Shown piece by piece: positions 13,705 to 27,298 of a stretch of DNA of 64,000 bases. Under the pieces are notes generated by a model that did not search any database, was not told where the DNA came from, and was given only the letters and a program-made list of their open reading frames with translations. The stretch covers positions 124,001 to 188,000 of the forward strand of contig JAQGDQ010000397.1 in NCBI GenBank assembly GCA_030141605.1, written 5' to 3'. Each line of letters begins with the position of its first letter. Position 1 is the stretch's first letter. Made by a program: the position numbers and the translations under genes. The stretch is from Tubiluchus corallicola. Taxonomy: Eukaryota > Animalia > Priapulida.

Positions 13705-16700
13705 CTGCAAAAAGATATTAAACGTAAATAAATTATCTGCTAAGTAGCTGAACTCCATGTTGGAGTGCACGGTTTCCCCCTCTTCCCTTGAATACAACAC
13801 TTGGCGCTGTACAATTGTGCAATCTATTCTTTCTTCACTTGCACCACAGAAACCACAGAAGAAAAAATCAGCACAAATCGTACTATTCTGCAAAACATCC
13901 ACGTTTAATAAACAACTCATTTCAACAATAATTACTAGTATGCAGAAACGGCCTCTGGCCATGTCATTATTTTGTTTAACCTTAATCATAACCCTAACCT
14001 AAACAAGAGCCCGAGATGTTTCTCCGTAAGAAGAGACATCAACGCAGTGGCTATATGCACTCTGCACAGCACTAAATTTCGTTATAAAAATTACATCAGT
14101 CAGTATGTGTGCAACGTAATGCACACATTTTCGCACGCAATTTTTTAAATGAATTTAAATGAATATTGAGTTTAAGTTGTGAAGTCCAAGGCCGTGATTT
14201 AAAGGACAGTGCACTAAGTACAAGTTGGCAGACAGCCCCCTTGCAACCTAGGTCATAGATAGAGCAGGTGTAACGTAGGTCACCACACTACGACAATATG
14301 TCGTAGCAAAGAAAAACTGGTCAGGCTTAAATTTAATAAAACGTGAAGTGCAGATTCTACATAACGTCTGAAATTCAGTTGCAAAATTTGACCAAAGACC
14401 CGTTAAAACATACTTGCAAACAGAGGGGTAAAGTGACTAGAAATAGACCAGACTTAATTCAAGCAATTTTAGCATGCAGTCTCAAGCCGAAAACCCCTAG
14501 CAATGTTATGCCACCTGCTTCCAGCATAGCGTTGTCAGGCAGCGTTAAAACATTGTTACATAACGAGCCTTAACACCTATTTTTTATCTAAATTCAGAGC
14601 CTCCAAATTTTGCCAAATTTGTCTTAAAATAGCATCCAGCTATACAGTATACAAAAACAATACAAAGAAAGATAATCAGCTTATGAGAGAGAAATAGCCA
14701 ACTATAGAAAATATTAATTACGTGTATAGGTGCTAATGACTTGTACCTGATTTCATTTATTATAAAACTGATTGCAATTAAAAAAGCCAGTAACTTAACT
14801 TTACTGGGACTTCGCCAACTATCTCTCAAATACATAGCAAACACTGATCGTGCACACTAAACTATTACCGCAAATCAAATTGCTTGTCCGCAATCACGTT
14901 TAATTTTGTTCTCGTTGAACAGCGAAAACACATCCCACCATGCCGTGAGCCATGTGAACAATTTCGCAAATGTACCAAATTCAAATCCAAACGTGCACAA
15001 ATAAAATTAAGAAAATTCAAAAATTTAACACTGTGTTTTCACTTGCCAAGAGTGTAAACACTAATGTTCTTCGATCCAATGCTGAAAATGTCATAATAGT
15101 TCCCGGTATTTCTGACATGATTATTGATTTATAAATGAAATTCCCCTCAGTAGTGAAAGCTGTAAAACTCTGTTAAATTACTAATTATGGGGTAAACAAT
15201 GGGTATTTTTACGAACAGGATCCATGACAAGCGTACCCAGATCCCTAATATAGCATAAACCTACATTAGAATGAAAGCCATTTTTACGGTAAAAATCTAT
15301 CAAGCAGTTCCATTTAACGAGGCGTGATTCACTTCACGGGCGTTTCAGAGAGCCGTTTTGAGAAGAGTGTTGCGGTCTGCAATGGTCCCGCAAAATTTCA
15401 GCCTCCTACGATGATAACATGGCACAGAACTAGCGATCATGCACTTCGTCCAAAGGACGTACAGTTAGTCCTCACTTCTTGACGCTAATGTGTTCCAGCA
15501 AAATGCGACGTTAAATGAAAGGTATTTAAACGATGCCAAGACTTCCACAGAAATGTAATGTAAAAGAATTGCAATACATTCCACAGCAAAAACCAATACT
15601 GCTTAAGTCATATAAACTATACACTTTATGAGTTTTACTTATGTTTCTACTAGTTAATTTCTTTCTGCTTGATTGAAACCACGTATTTATCTTAATTACC
15701 TAGTTAGCAGTTTCTCTTTAGTTGACATTTAAGTGTTTAAGTGTAGCAGCCCTTAAACAGTAAATACTATAGTAGTGTCAAAACCAGCCATGGGGCGACC
15801 TTAGCAATTTTATCTAGAAACTAAAGTACACAGGTTGACAAAAAAAAATGATCACAGTTCTAGCTTAATAGAAACGGCTAGCAATAATTTAGTGTTCAGT
15901 CAGGAAGCAAAAAAATAAAATAACTGCAGTGTTTACATTACTAGTGCGTTTCTAGAACAAAATAATGCAATACATTCTGCGTTAAGGCATCAGAATAAGT
16001 CAGAAAGTTGTTGATATAGTAAAAATCGTCGTTAAAACGAAATGGAGAGTTGTTAAGCTAGGACATTAACTTTTACAATTTAAACTATGAAATATAGAAA
16101 TTATAGCACAAGCAAAACTAGCAAATCACATAGTTTAACTATGCACAAGCTAAAGTAAAAATTGGCCAAGAGGTTTCTCTGCCTGTCTTTATAAGTAGAA
16201 ACTCCATGTCCAGTTTAGCATAATTGGTTAGTGTAATTAGTTTATGAGTAATCTTTGGCCAGTTCAAACTATTCACATGTGGAAACAACGGCATTTATTG
16301 TTGCAATGGAACAGTCTTAAGCTCAATTTCATCTGGACAAAAGTTTATTATGCCTCAGAGACAGGTGTGTACCTCCTTTTCTCTTATCTACTCTGCTTCT
16401 ATAGCTTGCAATGACCCTGCCGTATAATTTAACTTTGCTTGTGTTACATATTTTTTTAACAAAAAATATTGAGTAAAGTCTATCAGCTTATTGTCATCTA
16501 CTTTACTGAACCATTCAAACTGCAAAGAAAGATTAGAAAAATTAAGTTTGAACAATGTAAGTAAAAAATCTAATCCGTTACAAATTTTAATTGATTTAGT
16601 TAAATCAATTTTCCTCAAACTACATTCCTCTACAATGGCATCTACAAATCATCTAATCAGAATATTTGATTGTTTTATGCAAAAAAAATTGGAACGGGAA

Positions 16701-17681
16701 CTGACAGCATCTTGCCGAATTTTTTTCTCGTTTTTACAAAAAACTATAACGGTAATCTTTTGACAAAATCTCAACATTAATAGGTGCACCGTCGGCAAAA
16801 CATCATGTACCACCACAAACTACGCAAGACAAATGAGCTGATTTAACCATGAGCTTGTCCTAGAGTAGTAATCTTAAGCTGATATCAGCATGCTTTTAAT
16901 TATTTTCTGAGAACCTATTTGAGATCGTTACCGGTTAACATTCACACAGTATGTGTGAAATCAATTTAAATTAAATTTTGAAATGAGCTGCGGTTTTGCA
17001 AAAGTCGACACAACAGTAATAACTGTTGTACTAATATGGTGATAACTCGCCAAATTACTGCTAATCTCTTGGATGTAACCATTAATTTCATTCCCATTAG
17101 AACGTTAGGAATTGTACAATTCTTCAATTTTCTGTGCAAAATGAATCAGAGCTTGAATCAGTAATGACATCGACGCACGATACGCCAACTACTTCAATGT
17201 AACTTTTTGCGAACACTTTCATATCTGTCGTCCTTTAAACCCTTAACGCAAAAATTCTTAAACGGACATTTCTTTCTTATTCTTTAAGAGTACTAGTATT
17301 GCATACTTCCGCATTCTAGCCATTCAAGAGATTTTCCTGTCCATTGTAAACCTACTATGTTAGATGTGTTAAATGGCTCTGAAATATAAAATTTATAAAA
17401 AAATACTTTCTGTTCCTAAATTGATTTCTTTAATATTCTAGTAATACAATCTGTTTTATTCGTATTTTGGATTAACTCTCTCTGATAATCAGTCAATATC
17501 ATTACCGTTTTAGATAATGACAATCCGAGCAACAATCACCAAAAAGAAGTCGAGTGCGGTAGTTGCTTTGCAAATCAGTATTGTCGGTGTAGTGTGACTT
17601 TGTGTAAAGGATACAGTTACGTTTCCTTGTGTTACTGCATGAATAGAAAAATCTGTTGATCACAATAAAGAGCAATTAAAA

Positions 17682-17877
17682 ATGCAGAAGTTATTCGTTC
17701 TGCGAAGGTGTACCCGAAGTCGATTGTACATTAACAAGCCTAAGAATAGGCTTCGTTTTATTTTGATTGCATCGTTTAGTGTTTTTCTGTTTGTCTTCGA
17801 ATATTCATATGTCAACAGCAAGAAAATTAATAATATACTTAAAATTGGTTTCTCTGAAGCACAAAGGAAGAAAAAAG
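17682..17877 (+). CDS. Exon 1 (cytoplasmic tail, signal anchor and stem) of the CHST8-14-type sulfotransferase
   Basis: ATG, basic tail, hydrophobic FILIASFSVFLFVFEYSY, and a donor 'AAG|gtaaaa' after 196 nt (phase 1). The phase matches the acceptor at 21597. Confidence 0.72.
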
Positions 17878-18787
17878 GTAAAAGATAAAACCATTTTGTA
17901 TTGATAAAAGATAGCATGATACAAAAGGTTGTTGTCTCTTTAGATGTGAATTTTATACAAAATTCACATCTAAAAATGGTGGGCGATCTTGGTAGGCATC
18001 AGCACAATGCTCAGGTTTCAGCTTATTTTCTTCTCATAATAAACTATATACGCTTTGCCAATAAGCTATATTTACTGTTCCAATGATTGATGATGATCGT
18101 GAAAAGGTCAAAGGTTAAGTGTTCCAGTCGACGCATTAGTGTACACTTGACAGTTCTCGGTGTTGTGGCTTCAAAAATTTATACTAGTTTTCGTGGATTG
18201 TTGCTATTTTCAGAAAAGAACAACAGCATTACTCAAACAATTTAATGTTTTTTTCTTAGTTATACTTGTAGGTTTCTGACCTTTATTAAATTCTATACTA
18301 TAATTATAAAATCGCATAGTTATGTTGAGCTTACATGTAATATTCATATATTCTTAAAACATTTTTACGTCAAACTACTTTGGGACTAAAAAATGGCGCT
18401 AAAGCACATGAAACCCTGCACTTTCATAAAGCTTAAAAATTCGTCTTGATCTTTTATATCACTTTCATACCACCTTTTTGCATGCGGGGCTGTCGTCGGC
18501 AGTAACGTGTATAAAACGTGAAAATTTATACCGTTATACCCGTGATGACCATTAGGAGCAGCAATTTTAATGTTAGGTCTTTCGAAACAAGTTTAGATAA
18601 CATAGCGTGAAGTTTGAAAAAATAATCAGAGCGTTCAGTGCACAAATGTTACTAAGTAAGTAAAATTTTAAACTACTGTATCTTGTCAATAAATACAAAA
18701 TTGTTTTAACTATATACTTTATACAAAATACTGGATAGTGAGTGGAGCACGCAAGAGGCTGAGCCAGTGACATTTTACCAATTGGCA

Positions 18788-21400
18788 CTATCGCATACCT
18801 TTTTTTTCTGTTTCACATGGCATAATTATTTTACCGGCTACCTCAAGTGAACCGAAATTAAACCGACACATGTTAGGGGAGGGGGGGGGTGTAATTGTTA
18901 TAAGTTTGGTCTTGTTGACATTTATTATTATGTCATGACTATATGTGTATTCAACATACATATCAACTAAAGTTTGTAAAGCAGTGGTAGTGGATGCTAG
19001 TAAACATCCATCATCAGCAAACATAAGGTGATTTATATAAGTACCACCTATCTGACAACCTAGACCGGTAGATGTGAGGTCAGAACTCAAGTCTTTGAAA
19101 TATAAATTAAATAGTATGGGTGACATTTTTGCACCCTGCCGAACACCATTTGCGACTTTAAATGTGCAAGAGCAAAAATTTCCCCACCTCACAAACATGG
19201 TTTGTTGAGAGTAGTAAAAGGCTAATAATCTTATAATAATGTTAGGCATATCAGTATCGACCAGTTTTAGAAACATTTTGTAGTAATTTACCCGGTCAAA
19301 AGCTTTAGATGCATCTAAGAACAATATGTGTACTGGACTCTGGCGTTGAATGTAATAACTTCTTTCATGGTATACAAACACATTTCGGTACCCAGTTCAT
19401 CCACGTAACCAAACTGATTTGGTGTTGATTGAATTGAGTTACCGTGTCTGCTTAAAAACAAAATTTCTAATAATTTTCAACCCTGTGGATAGTGCTATTG
19501 GCCTATAATTTTTTTAGCCTTATTTTTGGCTGTAATTTCCTTATTTATTTATTTCACAATCGGTACAATGACAGACAGCATTAGAGAATCAGGCAAAAAA
19601 ACAATGTATGACACAAGCGCTATATAAAAGTGATAATACTATTGGCAGCATATGTGAAGCAAACCTAAAATGCTCCGATTTAATTGCATCATTTCCAGCC
19701 GATTTGTGCAGAGATAGTTTTGAAATGGCCTCTTGCACTTCTCTCGCAGTGAAAGAACTCAGTACCCATATTACTACCTTTTTAGTTGGATTTTTTTACA
19801 TGTCCCAAAATTAATAAGAATTATAGTTCATAAGCTTATGGGCAATTTTATCTGCGACAATTGTTTTCTCTTGGATCTTGCATTCACGTAATGCAAGCTT
19901 AAAAATGTGAACGTGCCTGGCGCATTTCAATAAGCAATGAGCCCATTCCGAGGCTTGCCATTCGCACACCAATTTGAAAAAAACAGTGACGAAAGTGTTT
20001 GTGTTTTTGTGAAACGAATTTATTCCAGCCAGGTACTATTTTATCCTTTATACGTTCATGATTTTATGACCGCTTATAACTAGGTAGCGTATTCTAAGCA
20101 GCCAAATTTAGTACAGATATAATTTCATCATGCATCAAAGCAAGTTGTTGTCCATGATTGGGGTTCTGACAGTGAATGTCACTCAATAAATTGCGTCGTA
20201 CGGTACAACGATTCCAGATAGCAAGGACTGTGTCATTGTCTGGTATTCGAGGATATGATTACTTTCAGCTTTCTCCCAGTCAACCATAAAAAGGCACTAT
20301 TGGTTTACAAGGTGGGTCCGAATCACACGACACGTGGCCATTCAAAACTTCATTTATATTGACTGTAGTCGCACCATTAGGTGATAAAGCCATTCCATCT
20401 ATATGCCCGTTTAGTAAGGGCATGTGATCTGAACTTGTTAGCTCATAATTTACCCAGACATCTCTAATTAAAGAGTTCATAGCCATAGTACTAATTACAT
20501 GGTCAAGCCAGGTAGTTGAGTTGTGGGCTACACTAACGAACGTAAATGAAGAACTTGGCATTTTCACTACATCAGATATAATATAGTCATTAGCTTGACA
20601 CGTTACACTTAGCTCCGCATATAATCTTTTTTGAGGATGGGAATTGAAATCCCCGACACAACAAACATAGCTAGACTCTGTAGTTTCAATATTAGAGATG
20701 AGAGTGCCTAGACAATGATATTCAGCTTCATAAGGAAAGTAAACATTAATTAATACAAGTGGTGTTAACTTATCAAGAAATGAAAGAGAAATACCCATTA
20801 ATCTGCATTCGTCATCATAGGTAAGTATTTTACTGGTAACAGGAAGAGTTTTTCGCCATAAAATAGCCAAGCCTCCTTGTGGTCTACCATGTGGTATTCC
20901 TGTAGAGAAATCGGTTGGTTAAACTCCATGGCCATAGAATTCTTGACAAATGCAAGATGGGTGTTCTAGCTCTTGTTTAGACAACATTGTTTCTTGCAAA
21001 ATTAGCACATCAATAGATTTGCGCAGTTCCTGTAGTAGGTATTGAGACTACCAGGTAGTGTAGGCTTGCGGGATGCCCACACTGTATCTCGACACTAGGC
21101 GGAGGAGCTGCACAAGCAGCCAATGGCTAGAGGACGGAGGATTTCAAGTGACCCAACGGCCATTTGTAGAGGTTTGAACCTTCCAAATCAGGAGTGGAGC
21201 CCCAAAGGCGGACCAGTGCAGCATGCTGACTGACTCCGGCAGCTCCTGCAGCCAACCTGGTGCCAAACGTATCGCTCCGCTTTCCTTTGGACTACACCAG
21301 GGAGGAAGATGGGGGTTCCTGTTGTCTGGGCAACTTATCCGAGACAGGAGGATGCCAACAACATATCGCAAACGTAAATGTATGATGTTACACCATTAAG
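18788..21400 (-). mobile_element. Degenerate LINE ORF2 (APE endonuclease plus RT), antisense in the sulfotransferase intron
   Basis: APE: DVLILQET, GRPQGGLAILW, LINVYFP, VGDFN, TWLDHVI, SDHMP. RT: NYRPIAL, FLDASKAFDRVN, GVRQGAKMSPILFNLY, FADD. Stops and frameshifts throughout. Confidence 0.92.
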
Positions 21401-21596
21401 CCTAAGATTTGGCAACACAACCCTAAACTCAGCTACAACAAAATGAAATATGGAAAATCATAATGTTGAAGAAACATAAGTTTCCATCACAACGTGTTTT
21501 CAATGCTGTTTTCAAAGTCAGCAGAAATGTTAACGGAATGACATGTCTAATAATTATTAGCAAATCGTTTTATCTTCAAGGTTTTTTTTTGTTTAG

Positions 21597-22489
21597 GCGA
21601 CTCGGAAAGTGTAGAGGAAAGAATACAAGATCGGATCCTCAGAGTTAAACGATACTGTCAACTTAGGAACTGGAGATATAATACAACTTTTGGCGGCGCC
21701 CTGAAAAAATGGCAAACACAAATTTTTGTAGATCGGTTCCACAAAATCCTTTTTTGTTCTGTTCCAAAAACAGCATCTACTACATGGAAGAGACTTTTAG
21801 CAAGTCTTATACTTGTTGATTTAAATATGACAAGCCATAGTGCAACATGGTTGATGAAGACATATACGTTAGACGATCTTTTGAAACCTGTCGACAAAAA
21901 GCTAAAACTGTGCAGGCTGAACACGTGTGTCAAAAATGAACAAGGTGAGATGCTAAAAACCTACACAAAGTTTTTCTTCATCCGAAATCCATTTGAACGA
22001 TTACTGTCTGTTTTTCGTCGCATTCAGTTAGCAACAGAAATAATGAAAGACAGTTCGTTTGAAAAAGCATCCAGAGAAATTGCTGATGTATACAGGCATT
22101 TGTCTCTTAATGGAAGTGAAAAATATGCTAATTTTATTCAGTTTTTAACTTTTGCTGCTGAAACGTCTATATCAAAGCGGAATCGTCACTGGTCACGCAT
22201 AGTTGATCTGTGCAATCCCTGTGAAATTGATTATAATTTTATTGGTTCATATGATCATCTAGTAGATGAGTCAAATTTCATCTTGAGATCTTTAGGCTTC
22301 GGTCATAAAATTCAAATGCCCAAGAGAGACGTTTTAGGATTTTCAAACTATGATGAACAAGGTTCTGGTGAATTGATGAGCAAAATGTACAAATCTGTTC
22401 CACACCACCTCATCTCAAGGCTTCATGAAACATATAAGCTTGATATACAAATGTTTAATTTCAGTAATTTAGAGTTGACAGCAGTGTAG
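21597..22489 (+). CDS. Carbohydrate sulfotransferase, CHST8-14/HNK-1ST type (Sulfotransfer_2 family), catalytic exon 2
   Basis: Acceptor 'ttttgtttag|gc' at 21597, in frame with ORF 21827..22489. Motifs: FVDRFHKILFCSVPKTASTTWK (5'-PSB), FFFIRNPFERLLS (3'-PB), NRHW..LCNPCEIDYNFIG, YKLDIQMFNF. Joined to exon 1 it gives 1089 nt, or 362 aa. Confidence 0.9.
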
Positions 22490-22840
22490 AGAAACAGGTT
22501 TGTTACAGCCATGAAGTTAAGTCCTGAATTTTTGAGTTCCGGCCACATTAGCTTTAATAGGTTTTATTAGCTCAAACATTTTTGGGCATTTCACCCTCAT
22601 GTGGTATTTTATTCTTTATATTTACCAATTACACTCATCATCATAAAATTACGTTTGTTTTATTTCAAACACACAGAAAATGTGTTAGAGGAGGCGGCTT
22701 CGGATTTCTAAGTAAGTTTTTAAGCACAATTTTCCTGGTCTGTATATAGGAACCCTTGCACTGAATATTAGTAATGTACGATTTTTGATGGTTTGTTGCA
22801 TTTATCATTTAAAGGATGTCTTTGAAAGCCTATTCTCGGC

Positions 22841-23045
22841 GGTACATGACATTTGGACACAACTAATTGGGAACAGGACGTTTGGGCATAGGTCACCTGG
22901 GCACGCAACATTTGGACAAGGGACGTTTAGGAACAGAATACTTGGGCATGAGATACTTGGGCAGAGAAAATTTGGGCACGGGTACACTTGGGCATGGCCA
23001 TTTGAGCATGGATCATTCTTGCACAAGACATTTCAGCATGGGTTC
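22841..23045 (+). repeat. Degenerate 15-bp tandem repeat (about 13 units, consensus near ACATTTGGGCACAGG)
   Basis: Periodic units acatttggacac / acgtttgggcat / atacttgggcat / aaatttgggcac. Inverted units recur at 24490-24562. Confidence 0.85.
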
Positions 23046-23699
23046 ACTTAAACGCGAGATCAATATAATTTAATGTTCCACCTAATTGTCTATTTTGTTT
23101 ATTAAATGTAGGTCATCAGCATCATCGAGTTTTAAGTTAATAATATGACCAAGATGACTTAGCTTGCAGATCACTTAACAACAGTATGGATTGAATGCTT
23201 CTGTAATTATGTGTACTGACTTTTAACTTTGTTAATGGAGACACTGATAAAATTAATAATTCATACAATCCATATTGGTCTAAAATTGTTATTGCTCTGT
23301 GGTCAACTGCTACATTGACGAACGTTTAGCAGCACGTTTCTCTGCGTTGTGAGAGAAAAACTCTGTACAGACGTTTTGGTGTCCGACGTGTTCGTTTTCA
23401 GATAATTCACTTCTCTGACTTCACTGTTCCAAATATATTGCAATGATAACAGATGTGTGATGAGAGCAACTTCTTCCAATGAACCTGGTTAGCCAAACTT
23501 GTCCAAAAGACTGCCTTGCCAGAGATTGAGTGCGAGCTAGTTAGAGAGTTTGCTGAGTGACTGCCTGTAAGTTACTGCGGGTGTCAGCTTTTTTAAAAAA
23601 ATTAACAGCCAACACTTCACAAAACCTGGAAACTTGTTAACTTTTCTAGCGGCTAGTAAGGCGGTAATACTAGATCAGTTTCCTAGTTAACTCCAGCAA

Positions 23700-24150
23700 G
23701 GGAGTTGGATTGCACACGCATTACATGCAATAGATCTAAATATAAAGGAACAGGGAAATTTACTTGTTAAGAAATTCAATAACCCGATAAGAAAATGACC
23801 AACATTTTCTGGCATGCTCTTGTGCTTGAAGCGAGCAACACAAGGTCATCAGCGTATGAGAGCGTACTGACAAATGCTGCACCAACAAAACTACCAATAT
23901 TAACGCGTCATACTGCTAACAGAAAGCCCTCAAGATATACATGAATAATAAGAGGGGAATATAATGGCACCTTGCACAACGCCATTACTGATACTAAATT
24001 TGCTAGAATGTTCTGCACCCCAAGTAATGCGTGCTTCCTGCTCAGTATACAACACAAACACTAGCTTAATTTGTAGAAATTCAGCTAGTATTATATCATA
24101 ATATTATAGTCTTTGAAAGCTTGGCGTGTTTAGAAGAAAGCCACCTAGAA
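23700..24150 (-). pseudogene. Decayed LINE RT fragment
   Basis: Minus-strand translation SISNGVVQGAII..VYLEG..IGSFVGAAFVSTLSYADDLVLLASS. Confidence 0.75.
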
Positions 24151-25899
24151 TATGTTATTTATTTCATTAGTTGAATGTACTGCCTCTTGAGAACGACTAG
24201 CTGTATGTCAGTAAGCCAGTTAAATTTGCGTGCTTTTCAGTATCAAGATCAACAATAGTTGTATGTATTTTGCTGTATCTCTTACGAAATGTACGATTAA
24301 TAATCACTGATAATATTGTGCGTTCAGCCGTGTTTCTTGGGGTGAACACGCGCAAAGTTATAATTGCTTCGGGTTGTTTTCAATCATACTTACAAAAATA
24401 GTTATTTCTTTTCGCACAAATCAGGTAATGAACGAGGATTCCCACAATAATCTTAGCCTGCGAGTCATGTTTGACGTAACTTGTGCTTGGGCGCTGGTGC
24501 CCAAATGTCTCGATCCCAACTTAGACAGCGCCCACGTGTTTTGTGCTGAAACGGCCTCTACCAATTTTCAAGGTATCAAGCGACAGCTCCCAAATGATTC
24601 GGCTGTGAAAGAGTGTAAACATTTGTTTCTTTCTTGGTATTTCTTTCTTGTTTCTTTCTCCGGCTGTAAATTCTGCAAATACTGTAAATAAAAAGCAAAC
24701 ACAAGGATATATTGACAAAGTATTCACTTGCGACATGATTGATCGTTGCTGAAATAAAGAAGTTGAAATCTCCAACAACAATAATCTGGCGAGTGGTAAA
24801 AAATAAGCGCAAGTAAAATGGCACTGTGAAATAGCACAAGAAATAATGACACAATAAAATAAAATTTATGACAAAGAGTTGGGAGAAAAAGCAGGGGATG
24901 TGCATACAGACAAAGTTGTAGCTGAAAAGGATTATGGGTGAAAATTTAATAAAATTTTTTGATTAATTTAATGAAAAATCTAAATGCTGCGTGGTCAAAT
25001 TGTTCAAAAATTGCAAAAATCACAATATCGCAGTATTGCAAAAATGGTTAAGCATTTGAGTCCTGGAAGAACAATACATTCGGAGCCGAAATGCTAGTTA
25101 AAGCTAGGGTTGATGCACTAGAATGTTAGAAAAAACTTACATTATCACATATTACGCTTCACAAGATATCAAAATACATTATAAGTAAAGAGCGAAATGT
25201 GTCAGGTGATGTATCATGTGTCATGTATCATGTGACCCATAGGACTTCCGATACATTTGTCTTTACTAATGATTTTTAAACGATCTTTTAATTGTTAGAG
25301 ATTTCTTTAAAACGAAATTTGTGAGCCCCTGAATTCTCTTCACTACAGAAGTTTAAACATCTAAGCAACTTATTAATTATTTTCTGAATATTACATATCT
25401 AGGAGTCCTTTACACATGGAAATATATTAAGATCGTATATGCTTAGAAGCTACCAAAAATGCCAAACATGGCTTGTAAATATGCTGGGCAAGCTTGATGA
25501 GTCCACTTCGTTTTAGTAAAATCGCAACTATAGTTACTTGACAGGTGACGAATCACCAGTCTAATTATTAACTATTACTGTGTTGCTTTTCTTAGCAACC
25601 AAGCACACAACGTGACTACACAAGCATTTCCTTCTTCAGTTATCAGTGACTTACAGAAAGTTGCAAATAATAAATTTTGCTATCAGTAGCATTTAAAACA
25701 TTAGCTAATTCAAACCAATTTTAAGGAAAATCAAACTAATATAATTTTGTAGAAACTAGCGAAACCGATCAGAAGCATTTTACATAATTCGAAACAGTGT
25801 GAAATGGCAAAGGATATAAGGCGATGAAGAAGCTTTAACAGGAACTCGAACTTAAGATCTGATGAACTGCACCTGACAATTGCGCAACCAGGTTTGAAA

Positions 25900-26150
25900 A
25901 TGTACATGATGGTTTACATCAGCTATAGTGAAAACAAATACCCTATCGTCATGCGTTTTGTACGAAAACCCACTTTGAGATGTGATATTTCTGCCATTTA
26001 ACCAGGAATTTGTTCAAAGATGTTCGCACTCATTTAGAAGGTTTAAAAAACAAGTAGCACGTCTCTTTCTCAATATAAAAAACTGACTCCTCTAAATATT
26101 CTTATAACACGCCAGTGAACGCTTTTTTTTCGACGATGTTTCACGAACTT
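25900..26150 (+). mobile_element. Possible decayed DNA-transposase N-terminal zinc finger (hAT-like)
   Basis: Broken KYP..HAFCTK..KDVRTHLEGLKNK resembles the 'AFC..C...DV..H....KH' pattern. Short and weak. Confidence 0.3.
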
Positions 26151-27298
26151 ACTGGACCTTCTTATCTTTAATCTGTGATTTTGATCCCAAAATCCATCAA
26201 AATCAGCGTCCTATGAGACCCCTTGATTTTAGTTTTAGCTCATACCAAAAAAAAAATTCCAATGCACGAATGGCTCATATTCAGCCTTGCTCAACAACGC
26301 GACTCCACCACGTCATTGCCACATACCAAAATTTGCGGCCTAGGTCAAAAACTGTAGTAGGACATACGGCCTAACGAGATAACAAGAACCCTGCACACAC
26401 TGTGACCGGTCACATATAAACATAAGTACCCTTCCCTGAAATGTACCTTGCGAGTGTTGTGTCAACAGCCATTAGCTCTAAAAGGTCACCAGGTGGGTGT
26501 ACCTTGCATTTTGGCCACTCTCGGACATTTATAGCTTGCCTTCTTTTTAAAACCTCGGGCGCACATCTATCCTACTAGCCTCCAGTACTCAAATAATGTG
26601 AAGAAAATCGAAAAAAACTGTAACTGTAATCATGATCATAATCGTAAAACTGACCGACGCGCACTACCCTTTGTCTCTTGACCAGAGGTCAGAGGCAGAC
26701 ATCTTGTCGTCCTTCACCAGTCCAAGGCTAACCCCCGCGTGAGTTTCGTGATCCTAGCTTGCAAGCCAAACTAGTTGTGAAATGTTTTGCAGAGAATGAA
26801 TAATAATAAAGAAATAAATACCTGTACGAATTTCAATAGTAATAAAAATCTTCGTAAAACAGAATGTGATTAATTAGATAATGTTAATTCAATTTGTTCA
26901 AATAGGACTGTTCATTAGTCACATTTTCGTTTTGTTAACTACTCGGGATTGACTAGATTAATGCGCCTAGGCTTTGCCTGTTCTTACAATAGTCATTCCG
27001 CTAACTACATTATTTTACTTATAATCATGTATGCATTATCAATGGTGCGTCAAAGAGGAACAAATTCACTCATTCAGATGCATCAGTATTGAGTTTGCTG
27101 AACAATTTCTCTGAGATATTGAGATATTGCCCTGGTCCATAATCCTCAAGACTGGTGGTTTCGTGTAATTTGCCTAGTTATAAACAGCTTAGTTTATTAA
27201 AAAATGTCGATTCACAAAATTTCTGGAAGAAAAATAGTTAATTTAATTTCTCTGTTTTTGATCACGATGAATATTTACAACGTGCTCGCAGTGCTATA

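Noticed and set aside
15330-15485. Histone H3/CENP-A-like words (AFQR ... RPKDVQL)
   Set aside because: The spacing is about 107 nt against about 160 expected, the two words are in different frames, and the sequence between them shows no similarity.
16388-17250. Coding-looking minus-strand fragments (CVVCGG, FVDAIVEEC)
   Set aside because: They are heavily interrupted and I recognise no family. They may be an old transposase, but I cannot support a call.
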